Shown here in pieces: positions 7,704 through 16,672 of a stretch of 64,000 bases of DNA. Positions within the stretch are counted from its first letter, which is position 1. The number at the start of each line of letters is the position of its first letter. A program made the position numbers and the translations under genes. Under the pieces are notes generated by a model, which worked only from the letters and a program-made list of their open reading frames with translations, did not search any database and was not told the DNA's origin. The DNA lies in IMG/VR virus record IMGVR_UViG_3300006805_000023; one strand, 5' to 3'. This DNA is from a virus (lineage: Duplodnaviria > Caudoviricetes).

Positions 7704-8963
7704 ATGAAGAAACGCATCCACATCTTCGGCGGTGGCACTCTCGTCCACCTTGCCAACCACTTCGCAATCGCCGCCCCGGCTTACGGGGGGACAGCCCGGA
7801 CCCTGCAGCGCCTCTGTGGTGAGATCTGGCCTCAGGCTGAGACCGTCATGGAGATGACTAAGATGACCGGATTCCGTGCTCCTCCGGCTTGGATGGAAAC
7901 CGTGCAGGACGTCGAGAACCGGGTGAAAGTTCTCATCCGAGACCCCAACACCAAGGTGATCTTCTTCAACTGTGCGATGGCTGACTGGTATGATCCGATG
8001 ACAGTGAATGGTCGTTACGGGCCACGCCCCTCAACTCACACCGGCAGCGGCCTGGACTTGCACCTGATGCCGACCCCGAAGGTCATCAACCTGATCCGCA
8101 AGGAGCGTAAGGACATCTTCCTGATCGGCTTCAAATCGGTCTCCCAGACGACGGGCCAGGAGGCTTATCTGGCTGGGCTCCGGCTGTGCAAGGAGGCGTC
8201 CTGCAACCTCGTGCTGGTCAACGACGCCGCGACCCGGCGCAACATGGTGGTGACGCCGGAGGAGGCCTCCTACCACGATGGGATTGAGAATCGCGACGAA
8301 GCCCTGCGCGGCCTCGTCGAAATGGCAAAGCTGCGCAGCCACCTGACCTTCACCCGTTCCACGGTCATCAAGGGAGAGCCGGTCCCGTGGGACAGCGCTG
8401 CGGTGCCGTCCAGCCTCCGGACCGTCGTCGATCACTGCCGGAAGGCCAAGGCCTATAAGCCCTTCAACGGTGGCGGGACGGTCGGCCATTTCGCGGTGAA
8501 GCTCGCCGAGACCAAGTTCTTGACCTCGATTCGCCGGTCCAACTTCAACGACCTCGACAAGGTCGGGCTGGTGCTGGTCGAGACGGACGGCCCCGACACC
8601 GTGCTGGCCTATGGTGCCAAGCCCTCGGTCGGGGGTCAGAGTCAGCGCAAGATCTTCCGCGATCACGTCGGCTTCGACTGCGTGGTGCACTTCCATTGCC
8701 CGATGAAACCGGACGCCCCCGACGCCATCCCGGTGCGCAGCCAGCGCGAAGTGGAGTGCGGCAGTTTTGAGTGCGGGTCTAACACGTCACAGGGGCTCGC
8801 CCAGTTCGGCAGCCTGAAGGCTGTGATGCTTGACCAGCACGGCCCCAACATCATCTTCCCAAAGTCGATCGACCCTCAAGAGGTAATCGACTTCATCGAA
8901 CGCAATTTCGACCTCGACAAAAAGACCGGTGGCTACCAACTCCCCCAAGCCCAAGAGTCGTAA
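7704..8963 (+). CDS. CoaB/DFP-like (phosphopantothenoylcysteine synthetase) domain fused to class II aldolase/adducin-like domain
   Basis: GGGT, FFNCAMADW, PKVI, LIGFKS, CNLVLVND (CoaB-like); C-terminal GHFAVK and VVHFH (HxH). Confidence 0.7.
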   Translation: MKKRIHIFGGGTLVHLANHFAIAAPAYGGTARTLQRLCGEIWPQAETVMEMTKMTGFRAPPAWMETVQDVENRVKVLIRDPNTKVIFFNCAMADWYDPMTVNGRYGPRPSTHTGSGLDLHLMPTPKVINLIRKERKDIFLIGFKSVSQTTGQEAYLAGLRLCKEASCNLVLVNDAATRRNMVVTPEEASYHDGIENRDEALRGLVEMAKLRSHLTFTRSTVIKGEPVPWDSAAVPSSLRTVVDHCRKAKAYKPFNGGGTVGHFAVKLAETKFLTSIRRSNFNDLDKVGLVLVETDGPDTVLAYGAKPSVGGQSQRKIFRDHVGFDCVVHFHCPMKPDAPDAIPVRSQREVECGSFECGSNTSQGLAQFGSLKAVMLDQHGPNIIFPKSIDPQEVIDFIERNFDLDKKTGGYQLPQAQES

Positions 8964-9510
8964 GTGCGCTGACTGCGGTGCTGACAGCGCCCGGTTTCGT
9001 TGCCCCGGCTGCTACAGCAAGAGAGCCAGGGTCCGGCCCTGCGCAGACTGCGGGAACCCAGCCCGGAAGACGCGCTGTTACACCTGCTACGGCAAGTTGG
9101 CGCGCAAAACTGAGGGGCATCAGACCAGCAGGGCTGCCAGTTATGCTACGAACCGTGATAAGATAATCGCGTCCAAGAGGGCCATCGCAACCTCTTGCTT
9201 CCGCAACTTCCTACTCAACCGAATTCGCAGGCCGATGGACGCCAAAAGAGGGCGGGAGAACGACCTCACCATCGAGTTTCTCATGAAGCTGCTTGAGAAG
9301 CAAGGCAAACGATGCGCGCTTTCTGGGCTCTTGATGACTCACACGCGTAACAGCCTGTTCGACGTCTCAATCGACCGTAAAGACTCCAAGCGCGGCCATA
9401 CTCAGGACAACGTTCAGCTGGTCTGCAAGTTCATCAACACCGGCAAAGCCCATCACACCGACGAGGAAGCACTCATTTTCATCAACCAACTCAGACAACC
9501 CTTATCATGA
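8929..9510 (+). CDS. HNH-like endonuclease with N-terminal CxxC repeats
   Basis: CALSG...SIDRKDSKRGHTQDNVQLVCKFIN; four CxxC pairs. Confidence 0.75.
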   Translation: MATNSPKPKSRKCADCGADSARFRCPGCYSKRARVRPCADCGNPARKTRCYTCYGKLARKTEGHQTSRAASYATNRDKIIASKRAIATSCFRNFLLNRIRRPMDAKRGRENDLTIEFLMKLLEKQGKRCALSGLLMTHTRNSLFDVSIDRKDSKRGHTQDNVQLVCKFINTGKAHHTDEEALIFINQLRQPLS

Positions 9511-10031
9511 AAGCCGTTACCCTTGCTTTGTTTATTCTGGCCGTCATCGCCGCGTTGCTGCACGAGAGTGGCTGGCCCTACGTCCGTGAGTCACTCTGGA
9601 CCTTGGAGACATTGTGGATTGTTTTCCTGCTGATCACCAACCGAGACGGCACGGGACGCCCTGTGCCGTTCCAGCTGAGCTTCAGGCTGCAGCTCCTCAA
9701 GGTCATGTGGTGGTGCTTCGTAAGCAGGAAGAAGATCGGCCAGACTCTGGACAGGTTCAGACTCATGGTCGTTCCGCCCAACCTGGACCGGCTCTACGGT
9801 TCCACCCCGCACGAGGAGGAACTCAAGCAGCTGCATGTGACACTTCCTCAGAAACAGTACTACGCCCTGCAGTATCCGGACGGCAGCTACGCCTGGGAGT
9901 CGAACTGCCAAGGCTGGGGCTCAACACCTAAGAAGCCGAAGATTGGCGACGACTGGTGTTTCGACACCCAGCACGCCATCTGGGCTCTCCGCGATCTCAG
10001 AAACTGCAAACTCATCCGCATCACCGAATAA
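9507..10031 (+). CDS. hypothetical membrane protein
   Basis: hydrophobic N-terminal segments; ATGA overlap. Confidence 0.65.
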   Translation: MKAVTLALFILAVIAALLHESGWPYVRESLWTLETLWIVFLLITNRDGTGRPVPFQLSFRLQLLKVMWWCFVSRKKIGQTLDRFRLMVVPPNLDRLYGSTPHEEELKQLHVTLPQKQYYALQYPDGSYAWESNCQGWGSTPKKPKIGDDWCFDTQHAIWALRDLRNCKLIRITE

Positions 10032-10038
10032 CTCACCC

Positions 10039-10452
10039 ATGAACCACAAAACTGAAATCACCCTCGGAGCCGTCCCCTTCTTCGTCGAAGTTAGCGGCTA
10101 CACCGTCACCTTCACGGAGTCACGCCCGGTCTCAATGGGCCAGCACGGCGTCACCCGGATCATGCTCTCGCGCACTCCTGGACTCAACAGCACTCCAGGC
10201 ATCTGGACCATTACCCATGTGGAGCTTGGTACTCCAGCATCCCAGGTGTCCGAAGCTCACCTCTACTGCATCAACCGCTTCGGTGCCAGCTTCGCCCCTT
10301 ACATAGAGGAGTGGATTCCGGGGAAGATGAGGGACGGCGTGTGGACGCCCGTCCAGCAAACTACTTGTTCGGATGAAACCACACCTGCTCCTCCTCCTGA
10401 TTCTCCCATCCTGCGCAGCCCTGAAACTGACCCCGGCGCAAGCGGGTCTTGA
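10039..10452 (+). CDS. hypothetical protein
   Basis: start moved to ATG 10039; C-terminus overlaps next gene. Confidence 0.6.
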   Translation: MNHKTEITLGAVPFFVEVSGYTVTFTESRPVSMGQHGVTRIMLSRTPGLNSTPGIWTITHVELGTPASQVSEAHLYCINRFGASFAPYIEEWIPGKMRDGVWTPVQQTTCSDETTPAPPPDSPILRSPETDPGASGS

Positions 10453-10600
10453 CGCTGGCAAGGTCACCCTGGCAGCAGTCCTGGGGTTCTTCGCCGGTGG
10501 ACCGGCTGGAGCCATCGTGGGCGCTGCTGGTGCCGAGGCCGAAAACATCAGACGCATCGAAAAAACACTAGGCAAAAACCCCCGAAAAGTCACCAAATGA
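10373..10600 (+). CDS. putative small lipoprotein
   Basis: MKPHLLLLLILPS-C signal-like N-terminus, Gly/Ala-rich hydrophobic segment. Confidence 0.55.
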   Translation: MKPHLLLLLILPSCAALKLTPAQAGLDAGKVTLAAVLGFFAGGPAGAIVGAAGAEAENIRRIEKTLGKNPRKVTK

Positions 10601-10968
10601 AGTTCCTCAGTCCAGCCATCGCAGCCATCCTCATAGCCATTGCGCTCTCCGCGTTCATCTACCTCATCGTCCTGTTTATCGAGGCGTGCCGAAGGTTCCG
10701 GCTGTGGTGGCTGACGTCAAACCTCCCAGAGGACGGATGCTGGATTCTGCAACTGCGCGACAACCGGTTCCTGTGCTACAGGCCGGACGGCACCGAGGAC
10801 TCTGATCACGAGATGGTGGCTGCCTGCCGACGCAACGGGATCTTGACCAAGAACCAGCTGCTAAAGGCGATGCGCGATCACCACTGGAGTCACCGGATCG
10901 ACATGCCATCCGACCCAGACCAGCAGGACCTCCTGGCCTACCAGTACGACCTGCAACGCCGGGTGTAA
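10597..10968 (+). CDS. hypothetical membrane protein
   Basis: N-terminal TM helix. Confidence 0.7.
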   Translation: MKFLSPAIAAILIAIALSAFIYLIVLFIEACRRFRLWWLTSNLPEDGCWILQLRDNRFLCYRPDGTEDSDHEMVAACRRNGILTKNQLLKAMRDHHWSHRIDMPSDPDQQDLLAYQYDLQRRV

Positions 10969-10969
10969 C

Positions 10970-10998
10970 TTGACAAACGCCAGAAGGCGTGATAGGTT
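10970..10998 (+). promoter_or_regulatory. sigma70-type promoter, leaderless
   Basis: TTGACA-N17-TAGGTT, ATG 11005 after 6 nt. Confidence 0.85.
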
Positions 10999-11004
10999 CT
11001 GTCT

Positions 11005-11340
11005 ATGAAACCCGCCGACGCCCTCGTTGAGTCCCTCCTGGAGAACCCAGACATCAAGATCGAGGTCAGTAAGACCTTCGCAACCGAATACACGGTAGTC
11101 GCCAAGTATCGCGGCAGGCAGGCCGCCAAGGCCTCCGTCAAACTCATCGGGAAGAATCGGCTGCGCATGGCCGGGATCACGGTCGATGAGGAGTTCCGGC
11201 GCAAGGGGATCGCGACGGCCATCTACCGCCACCTTGAAAAGATGACTGATCGCACCTTCCAGCGCGGCCTGAAGCCGACCCGCGATGGCTCGGCCTTTTG
11301 GAACTCTCCGAAACGCTCCTGGGGAGATCCAGTCAAGTAG
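11005..11340 (+). CDS. GNAT acetyltransferase with type-A tag
   Basis: ITVDEEFRRKGIATAIY acetyl-CoA motif A; MKPADALVESLLE. Confidence 0.8.
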   Translation: MKPADALVESLLENPDIKIEVSKTFATEYTVVAKYRGRQAAKASVKLIGKNRLRMAGITVDEEFRRKGIATAIYRHLEKMTDRTFQRGLKPTRDGSAFWNSPKRSWGDPVK

Positions 11341-11343
11341 GAC

Positions 11344-11372
11344 TTGACAGGGCTCAAACTGTATAATAAACT
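11344..11372 (+). promoter_or_regulatory. sigma70-type promoter, leaderless
   Basis: TTGACA-N17-TAAACT, ATG 11379 after 6 nt. Confidence 0.75.
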
Positions 11373-11378
11373 ACTCCC

Positions 11379-11828
11379 ATGAAACCGACTCCCCTGCTCT
11401 CTGTTAAAAAACGACCCGTTAAAATCACAAAACCACTCAATGACAATTGTGTTCTGGTTGGTCGGGGAGTGTTCTCCTGGTTTAGGTCGGAACGAACAAG
11501 CGACCGCTATGGCTCGTGTTACACCGAGGGCGAGATGTGGTTCCCGGAAGAGGGTCAACGCGGACAGCTGGTTGCCATCATCAACGAGGCTCGCAACTCA
11601 GGCCATATCGGAGACATAGGTCGCGGCATTTATCCCGTCAAACCCAAGGTCGGAGACGCCTATCTACTGGGCGAGGGCGCAGCCACTAAAGTGGAAGCCG
11701 AAGGAACCAGCATCGTGGCCTTCGGTCTCAAGCCTGACGATGGGCGTTCTCATGACTGGCTTAACCCTTACCACCTCTACCGCTGTCATGACTCCGTGGT
11801 CGAGCTGCGCTGGTATCCATCCAAATGA
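11379..11828 (+). CDS. hypothetical protein
   Basis: 149 aa, promoter-adjacent start. Confidence 0.7.
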   Translation: MKPTPLLSVKKRPVKITKPLNDNCVLVGRGVFSWFRSERTSDRYGSCYTEGEMWFPEEGQRGQLVAIINEARNSGHIGDIGRGIYPVKPKVGDAYLLGEGAATKVEAEGTSIVAFGLKPDDGRSHDWLNPYHLYRCHDSVVELRWYPSK

Positions 11829-12073
11829 GCACCCCCGAAACACCCCGCAAAGTCGTCTGGAAGCACTTCCCGACCGACCCGGCCCACAGCTATCCCTCCA
11901 TGGAGGGTCTCATCGGGCGCAAGACGTTCGCTTTCGTGGTGTTCTCATCCCCGATCAAGTGCACTGTCGGCCCTGAAGACAACCAGATTGAACTTCACAC
12001 CAACAACGCCGCCCAGGTCAAAGAGATCTGTCTAGCCCTCTACGACGTCATCACCAGTGGCGCGGGGACTTGA
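11825..12073 (+). CDS. hypothetical protein
   Basis: 82 aa, ATGA overlap. Confidence 0.65.
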   Translation: MSTPETPRKVVWKHFPTDPAHSYPSMEGLIGRKTFAFVVFSSPIKCTVGPEDNQIELHTNNAAQVKEICLALYDVITSGAGT

Positions 12074-12098
12074 CAAGCACCAGAACCTGTGTTATGCT
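12070..12098 (+). promoter_or_regulatory. sigma70-type promoter, leaderless
   Basis: TTGACA-N17-TATGCT, ATG 12105 after 6 nt. Confidence 0.9.
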
Positions 12099-12104
12099 TC
12101 TCGT

Positions 12105-12395
12105 ATGGAACCCATCTGGACACAAGACTCGCCGAAAGTGGCTGGCACTTACTGGAAGCGTGAAACCGGCTACCCGAACTGCACCCCGGTGGTCGTGACA
12201 ATCACAGAGACCGACCTCGACTCCTCCTACGGCAAGCTCGCCATGCACCGGACTCCGCAGGAGCGCAGGGAGAACACCCTAGCCATGCTTAGGCAACACA
12301 ACACCGCAGAGGTGGCGCTCAAGTTCATCGAAGGTCTCTCAGAGGAACACTGGCAGATCTGGTGGTGCGGCCCTCTCATTTACCCAGCTTTTTGA
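12105..12395 (+). CDS. hypothetical protein
   Basis: start moved to 12105. Confidence 0.7.
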   Translation: MEPIWTQDSPKVAGTYWKRETGYPNCTPVVVTITETDLDSSYGKLAMHRTPQERRENTLAMLRQHNTAEVALKFIEGLSEEHWQIWWCGPLIYPAF

Positions 12396-12398
12396 CTT

Positions 12399-12737
12399 AT
12401 GCTCAACGGAACCATCGACTTTCAGCAACGCGGCTTCACCTACAAGTTCACCTACGCCCAGACCGAGCAGGATGAGAACGGTGGCACGTTCACGCTCATC
12501 ACGACCCACGACGTCTATCCGGTCAACCGGTTCGATGGCACGCTCCACGACCTCATGCAGCTGTCCAACGAGCAACTCGCCCACCCCGATGTCAGCTTCT
12601 CGGAGTCACTCAGGGGGCTCAAGATGAAGTCCAGCTGGTGGAAGCCGACCGACCAGTTTTTCCTGGAAAACGAGCGCCAGTTCATCAAGATCCCGCTCGA
12701 ATTGTTCAACCTCATCCGCGAACGTCTCCTCTCCTAA
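12399..12737 (+). CDS. hypothetical protein
   Basis: 112 aa in operon. Confidence 0.7.
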   Translation: MLNGTIDFQQRGFTYKFTYAQTEQDENGGTFTLITTHDVYPVNRFDGTLHDLMQLSNEQLAHPDVSFSESLRGLKMKSSWWKPTDQFFLENERQFIKIPLELFNLIRERLLS

Positions 12738-12741
12738 CCCT

Positions 12742-13143
12742 ATGATCCACCGTGTAACCTGCCAGTCTGAAGGCTCCACCTTCGCCATCGAGTATGAAGC
12801 CGACAAGAGCGTGCGCGGTCGCACCTTCATGGTCACCCGTCACGACGCCGCCGGTACCATCAGGGACCGGTTCGAAGGAGTCGTGGGCGACCTGATCCGG
12901 CTTGCCATCGCGCACCGCTCCCGCTCCCTGGAGCGCATGGACCCGGAGATCGCCCTCACGGGAGGCCCGGTCGATCTGAGCAACTGCCCGTCCCCGTTCT
13001 CCTATGCGCACCACGGTGCCGAGATGGAGTCGCGCTGGTTCCACGGGCCACGCGAGTTCATCCTGAACCGCGACCGCTACACAGTCACTTTCCCCTTCAA
13101 GCTCCTTCAGGCCTTCGTCAACGACTACATCAAAAAGCCATGA
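12742..13143 (+). CDS. hypothetical protein
   Basis: C-terminal FPFKLLQAFVNDY shared with next gene. Confidence 0.7.
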   Translation: MIHRVTCQSEGSTFAIEYEADKSVRGRTFMVTRHDAAGTIRDRFEGVVGDLIRLAIAHRSRSLERMDPEIALTGGPVDLSNCPSPFSYAHHGAEMESRWFHGPREFILNRDRYTVTFPFKLLQAFVNDYIKKP

Positions 13144-13640
13144 TCCACCATCCAGCTCACCCAGGTTACCCCAACTACGTCAGCTGGGCCTACACAGACG
13201 AGGAGTCCGCAGGCCAGACCATCGACATCATGTGGAAGCAGCTGCCGCCGACCGAGCACGAGCTGATCCGTGGCTGGTTCAGGCTTACTAACAACGGCGA
13301 AACCGACTGGAACTTCCGAGGCGAGCTGGTTGACTTGGTCAGCACGGCGATTAATCACCGTGCTGCTTGTCTGTTCACCATGGAACCGCACAAGGCTCTG
13401 ATGGGTGGCATGCAAGACCTCAACGGCTGCCCGCCTCCGCCGAGCTACGGCTACCAAGGTCGTTCCATGAAAACGGTCTGGGCTGGACCTATGGGAGTGT
13501 TCATGCTCACCCGCGATGTCACCAAGGAGGTACCGGATTGCCCAATAGCTGAGTGGGAGACAGCCCTGGCCAAATTCGAGTTCCCGCCAGAGTTCCTCCA
13601 GGCCTTCGTGGATGACTATGTTAACTTCTGCCTGTCGTGA
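13140..13640 (+). CDS. hypothetical protein
   Basis: C-terminal FPPEFLQAFVDDY. Confidence 0.7.
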   Translation: MIHHPAHPGYPNYVSWAYTDEESAGQTIDIMWKQLPPTEHELIRGWFRLTNNGETDWNFRGELVDLVSTAINHRAACLFTMEPHKALMGGMQDLNGCPPPPSYGYQGRSMKTVWAGPMGVFMLTRDVTKEVPDCPIAEWETALAKFEFPPEFLQAFVDDYVNFCLS

Positions 13641-13652
13641 GTAACTGAGCAC

Positions 13653-13681
13653 TTGACAAACGCTAAAATCTGTGTTAGGTT
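13653..13681 (+). promoter_or_regulatory. sigma70-type promoter, leaderless
   Basis: TTGACA-N17-TAGGTT, ATG 13688 after 6 nt. Confidence 0.9.
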
Positions 13682-13687
13682 TCAAAC

Positions 13688-14140
13688 ATGGCCACCTCAA
13701 CACACTCCCTCTCCGGCATCTTCACCCACAATGGCAAGAACTTCCGGGTTCCGTCCACCATCAAGATCACGGTCAAGCCAGACCAGACCGTGGACGAAGC
13801 CGTCAAGGCGCTCATTCTAGCCAAGTATCCAGGGGCCGATTGCTCCGGCGTCCGGGCCACCGCGATCAAGCCAAAGGCCAAGAAGATCTCGGTCAACCCC
13901 CAACACGAGTACATCACACTGACGGCTCAATACGCTGACGGCACCATCCGCTTCACAGTTTCATGGAGGGGCTGCAAGCTCTCCGGCGACATCGGCGCTG
14001 ACACCGACGGCAAGGCGCTCCTGCAGCGGATCGACAAGCTCGGCAAGGACAAGGCACCGGTTGACCACATCGAGTCGCTGCGCGCTATGGCAGAGAAGTC
14101 CAACAACAAGGCTGAGTTCATCGCAGCCATCCACGCATAA
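13688..14140 (+). CDS. hypothetical basic protein
   Basis: 150 aa, Lys-rich. Confidence 0.75.
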   Translation: MATSTHSLSGIFTHNGKNFRVPSTIKITVKPDQTVDEAVKALILAKYPGADCSGVRATAIKPKAKKISVNPQHEYITLTAQYADGTIRFTVSWRGCKLSGDIGADTDGKALLQRIDKLGKDKAPVDHIESLRAMAEKSNNKAEFIAAIHA

Positions 14141-14147
14141 ACAAACC

Positions 14148-14453
14148 ATGATCGACATCGAAACCCTCACCAGCGACCAAAAGTCCCTGCTCCTCTACGT
14201 CGAGACCCGTGCTGTTGACCACTCCGGGAAGCTCAGGGATGACCAACTCAACGGCATCGACCGGGCCAACCTCAAGGCGTGGGACCGGGCCAACTTCGTG
14301 TCGTCCGACAAGATTCCGGCCAGTGGTCGTCAAAACGACGGCTGCTCGATGTGGGCATTCCTGTCGGACGAGGCATGGGAGGCCGCTGGCAAGCTGCGCC
14401 GTGCCAAGTCCAAGAGAATGTTCGAGAACCGCAACTGGCCTACCGGGAGATAG
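14148..14453 (+). CDS. hypothetical protein
   Basis: start moved to ATG 14148. Confidence 0.7.
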   Translation: MIDIETLTSDQKSLLLYVETRAVDHSGKLRDDQLNGIDRANLKAWDRANFVSSDKIPASGRQNDGCSMWAFLSDEAWEAAGKLRRAKSKRMFENRNWPTGR

Positions 14454-14456
14454 CCC

Positions 14457-14465
14457 CTAAGTATC
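14457..14465 (+). promoter_or_regulatory. putative late promoter
   Basis: CTAAGTATC, 5 nt before ATG 14471. Confidence 0.7.
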
Positions 14466-14470
14466 TGGGC

Positions 14471-15265
14471 ATGACGTCCGTTACCAACTCCCTTCTTTTC
14501 CTGACCGAGTCCTATTCACGGGAGAACGTAATGCTGTTCCAGTACCTGCAGAAAAAGCCACTCACCGTCGGCGACCTCTACTACGAGCTATCCGAGTGGC
14601 ACGGCTGGGACGACGCCCTGCAGGAGATCGGCCACAGTGCCGAGGAGCTGAGTGCTCTGGCTGCTGAAGACAACATGGACACCGTCTGGGAGATCTGTCA
14701 CAAGCTGGAGTCCTGGTTCGATCAGAACGAGTCGGCCAAAAACGACGCCGCGATGTTCCTGATGCGCGATTACCCGGACAACGCGCCGACCTGGGCTCAT
14801 CTGAGCCTCAACGGGAGCCGTCTGCTGCCATCTCAGACCTGGCTGGTGCACTGGACTGACGATGCTCTTGACATTTCCGCCGGAGGCTTCACGCACGGCA
14901 CCGACGACCCCACACGCCTGGGCCTCACACTCTACCGCAACAAGGAGTCCAAGAAGTTCGGTGGCTACAACTTCGCGTTCCGGGCCAACAGCCGCTACGC
15001 CTCCAACCCCGACCGGCGCTACGGCAGCGAGGTCGTGATCTTCCAGTCCAGCGGAGTTGACTGCTTCCACGGCGGCGATGACGAGGATCAGGTGATCTTC
15101 TGGGGTCAGTCGATCACCAGCAGGCCGATCGCCATCTCGCACCACACCGACGACGACAAGTGGGAGGTCCTCGGCAAGAAAGGCCGGGTCGTCGCCTTCG
15201 ACACCGTCGAGGAGTGCTTCAAGTGGGTGATCCAGCACTCCAGCAGCTACCGCAGTTCCTTATGA
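14471..15265 (+). CDS. possible ADP-ribosyltransferase-fold protein with type-B tag
   Basis: MTSVTNSLLFLTES; WLVHWT, GYNFAF, DDEDQVIFW resemble ART strand motifs. Confidence 0.5.
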   Translation: MTSVTNSLLFLTESYSRENVMLFQYLQKKPLTVGDLYYELSEWHGWDDALQEIGHSAEELSALAAEDNMDTVWEICHKLESWFDQNESAKNDAAMFLMRDYPDNAPTWAHLSLNGSRLLPSQTWLVHWTDDALDISAGGFTHGTDDPTRLGLTLYRNKESKKFGGYNFAFRANSRYASNPDRRYGSEVVIFQSSGVDCFHGGDDEDQVIFWGQSITSRPIAISHHTDDDKWEVLGKKGRVVAFDTVEECFKWVIQHSSSYRSSL

Positions 15266-15768
15266 CTTCAGTCACTCAAAACCTCAAGGCTCTCCTGGAG
15301 TCCCCCAACACGCTGGCGATCACGCCGGAGCAGCTCGCCAAGTTTTGGCTGCAGATGGACAAGAAGTACTTCGTCGAGGAGGACGGAATTTGGCATCGCC
15401 CTTACGGGACGTGCACCAACATCAACTCATCCCCGACTCTGATGCTCAGGAAAGCCGGTCATTCTGTCCGCGTGTTCGGAGGTGATGAGGACGTTCTGGC
15501 GAACTCAGGCTTCGCCAGAGACTTCGACCTCCTTGGCGGTCATGACTGGGCTGTCGTGGACGACCGTTGGATCATTGACCAGTGGGCCGTCGAGTACCTT
15601 GGAGTCCCCAAGGCGATTCACGATCTCCGTGACCCGGAAACCGTCAAGCTTTACCCGCCTCGTGACACCTGGGTGGAACTCGGTGCCGACGGCGAGCTTG
15701 AAGACTGGTTCAAACAAGCCGCTGATGACTGGGCCGAGTTCATGCAGCAGGAGTGCCAGCAAGCCTGA
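15262..15768 (+). CDS. papain/transglutaminase-like Cys-His-Asp protein with type-B tag
   Basis: MTSVTQNLKALLES; GTCTN, GHDWAVV, WIIDQW. Confidence 0.55.
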   Translation: MTSVTQNLKALLESPNTLAITPEQLAKFWLQMDKKYFVEEDGIWHRPYGTCTNINSSPTLMLRKAGHSVRVFGGDEDVLANSGFARDFDLLGGHDWAVVDDRWIIDQWAVEYLGVPKAIHDLRDPETVKLYPPRDTWVELGADGELEDWFKQAADDWAEFMQQECQQA

Positions 15769-16252
15769 CCATGCGTTTTGTCGTTGGGTCGAACGCGGCC
15801 ATTTCGACTCTGACCTTTGAGCGCCCAGCCAAGATCTGAACAGACACTCTCGTGTGTCCCGAGATGAGGATCGCGTTGCCAGCTTCGTTGACGACTACAA
15901 GCGGTAGCTCGGCCCATCTCTCTTCAGGGTCTCCGGTGGCAATTCCGGAGTTGTTGATGTAAGCCAGGAGTCCAGGAACAGCAACATCGTGCTGACTGTA
16001 ACAAAGGCTCCTTGGGTCCACTTCGGTCTGAATGAAGGCCTTCTTATCCCTCGCCGTCACGCCGTAAATCTGCAGGCTCCCAGCAGACCTTAACCCGACA
16101 TCCTTAAGCTCGACGAAGTCCCATTGGCTCCAGCTGTTCTTGTGGCGTGGCAGCCTCTCCAGGTTGGCTAAAGCCTGGGTGCGCTCGCTCTGAGTGAGTC
16201 CGAACGCTCCGGCTGTGATAGCCTCCAGTAGGGAACCGGTAACGTTGACCAT
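15740..16252 (-). CDS. ParB/Sulfiredoxin-like domain protein with type-B tag
   Basis: LPLVVV...ILISGHTR; MVNVTGSLLEA. Confidence 0.6.
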   Translation of the reverse strand: MVNVTGSLLEAITAGAFGLTQSERTQALANLERLPRHKNSWSQWDFVELKDVGLRSAGSLQIYGVTARDKKAFIQTEVDPRSLCYSQHDVAVPGLLAYINNSGIATGDPEERWAELPLVVVNEAGNAILISGHTRVSVQILAGRSKVRVEMAAFDPTTKRMVRLAGTPAA

Positions 16253-16630
16253 CTAGTAGGCTGATGGATGCGGGTTGGTGTCGTCCTCGACCCGCTTGTA
16301 CTCGCCTCCAATGTCAACGATGTAGCGAGGGTAGTTGAAGCCAGCGGTGTCGGCCAGCCAGCACAGGCCGGTGTTGAAGTCGTGCAGGATGCACTGCCTG
16401 AGTTCAGGTGGGAGATCGACGTGCTCCAGGTCCTCGCCATCCACGTCAAAGACGGGCAGGGTGTCCAGGTAAGTCTTCTCCTCTTGGTCCGGAGTCCTCC
16501 CCCGAGCTACCGTGGGTAGCACACTCGGCTTGCGCTCGGCAGGCCCATGGGTGAAACGGCGTGGGATGTCGGTGTTCTCGACCAGTTTGTGAGTGGTCAG
16601 AAGGACTGAGGTGACTGATTGGACTTGCAT
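16253..16630 (-). CDS. hypothetical protein with type-B tag
   Basis: MQVQSVTSVLLTTHKLVE. Confidence 0.7.
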   Translation of the reverse strand: MQVQSVTSVLLTTHKLVENTDIPRRFTHGPAERKPSVLPTVARGRTPDQEEKTYLDTLPVFDVDGEDLEHVDLPPELRQCILHDFNTGLCWLADTAGFNYPRYIVDIGGEYKRVEDDTNPHPSAY

Positions 16631-16634
16631 CTTG

Positions 16635-16643
16635 GATAGTTAC
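16635..16643 (-). promoter_or_regulatory. putative late promoter
   Basis: GTAACTATC, 4 nt before ATG 16630. Confidence 0.7.
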
Positions 16644-16672
16644 GGAGGTTGTTCACAGGATCGGTTCACCGC

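Noticed and set aside
9507-10968. Holin/spanin lysis cassette
   Set aside because: Membrane and lipoprotein-like ORFs are present, but there is no adjacent endolysin or late motif and no i-/o-spanin architecture was recognised.
11362-11367. Perfect TATAAT as the -10 box
   Set aside because: Only 12 nt from TTGACA; the 17-nt-spaced TAAACT fits the genome-wide geometry.
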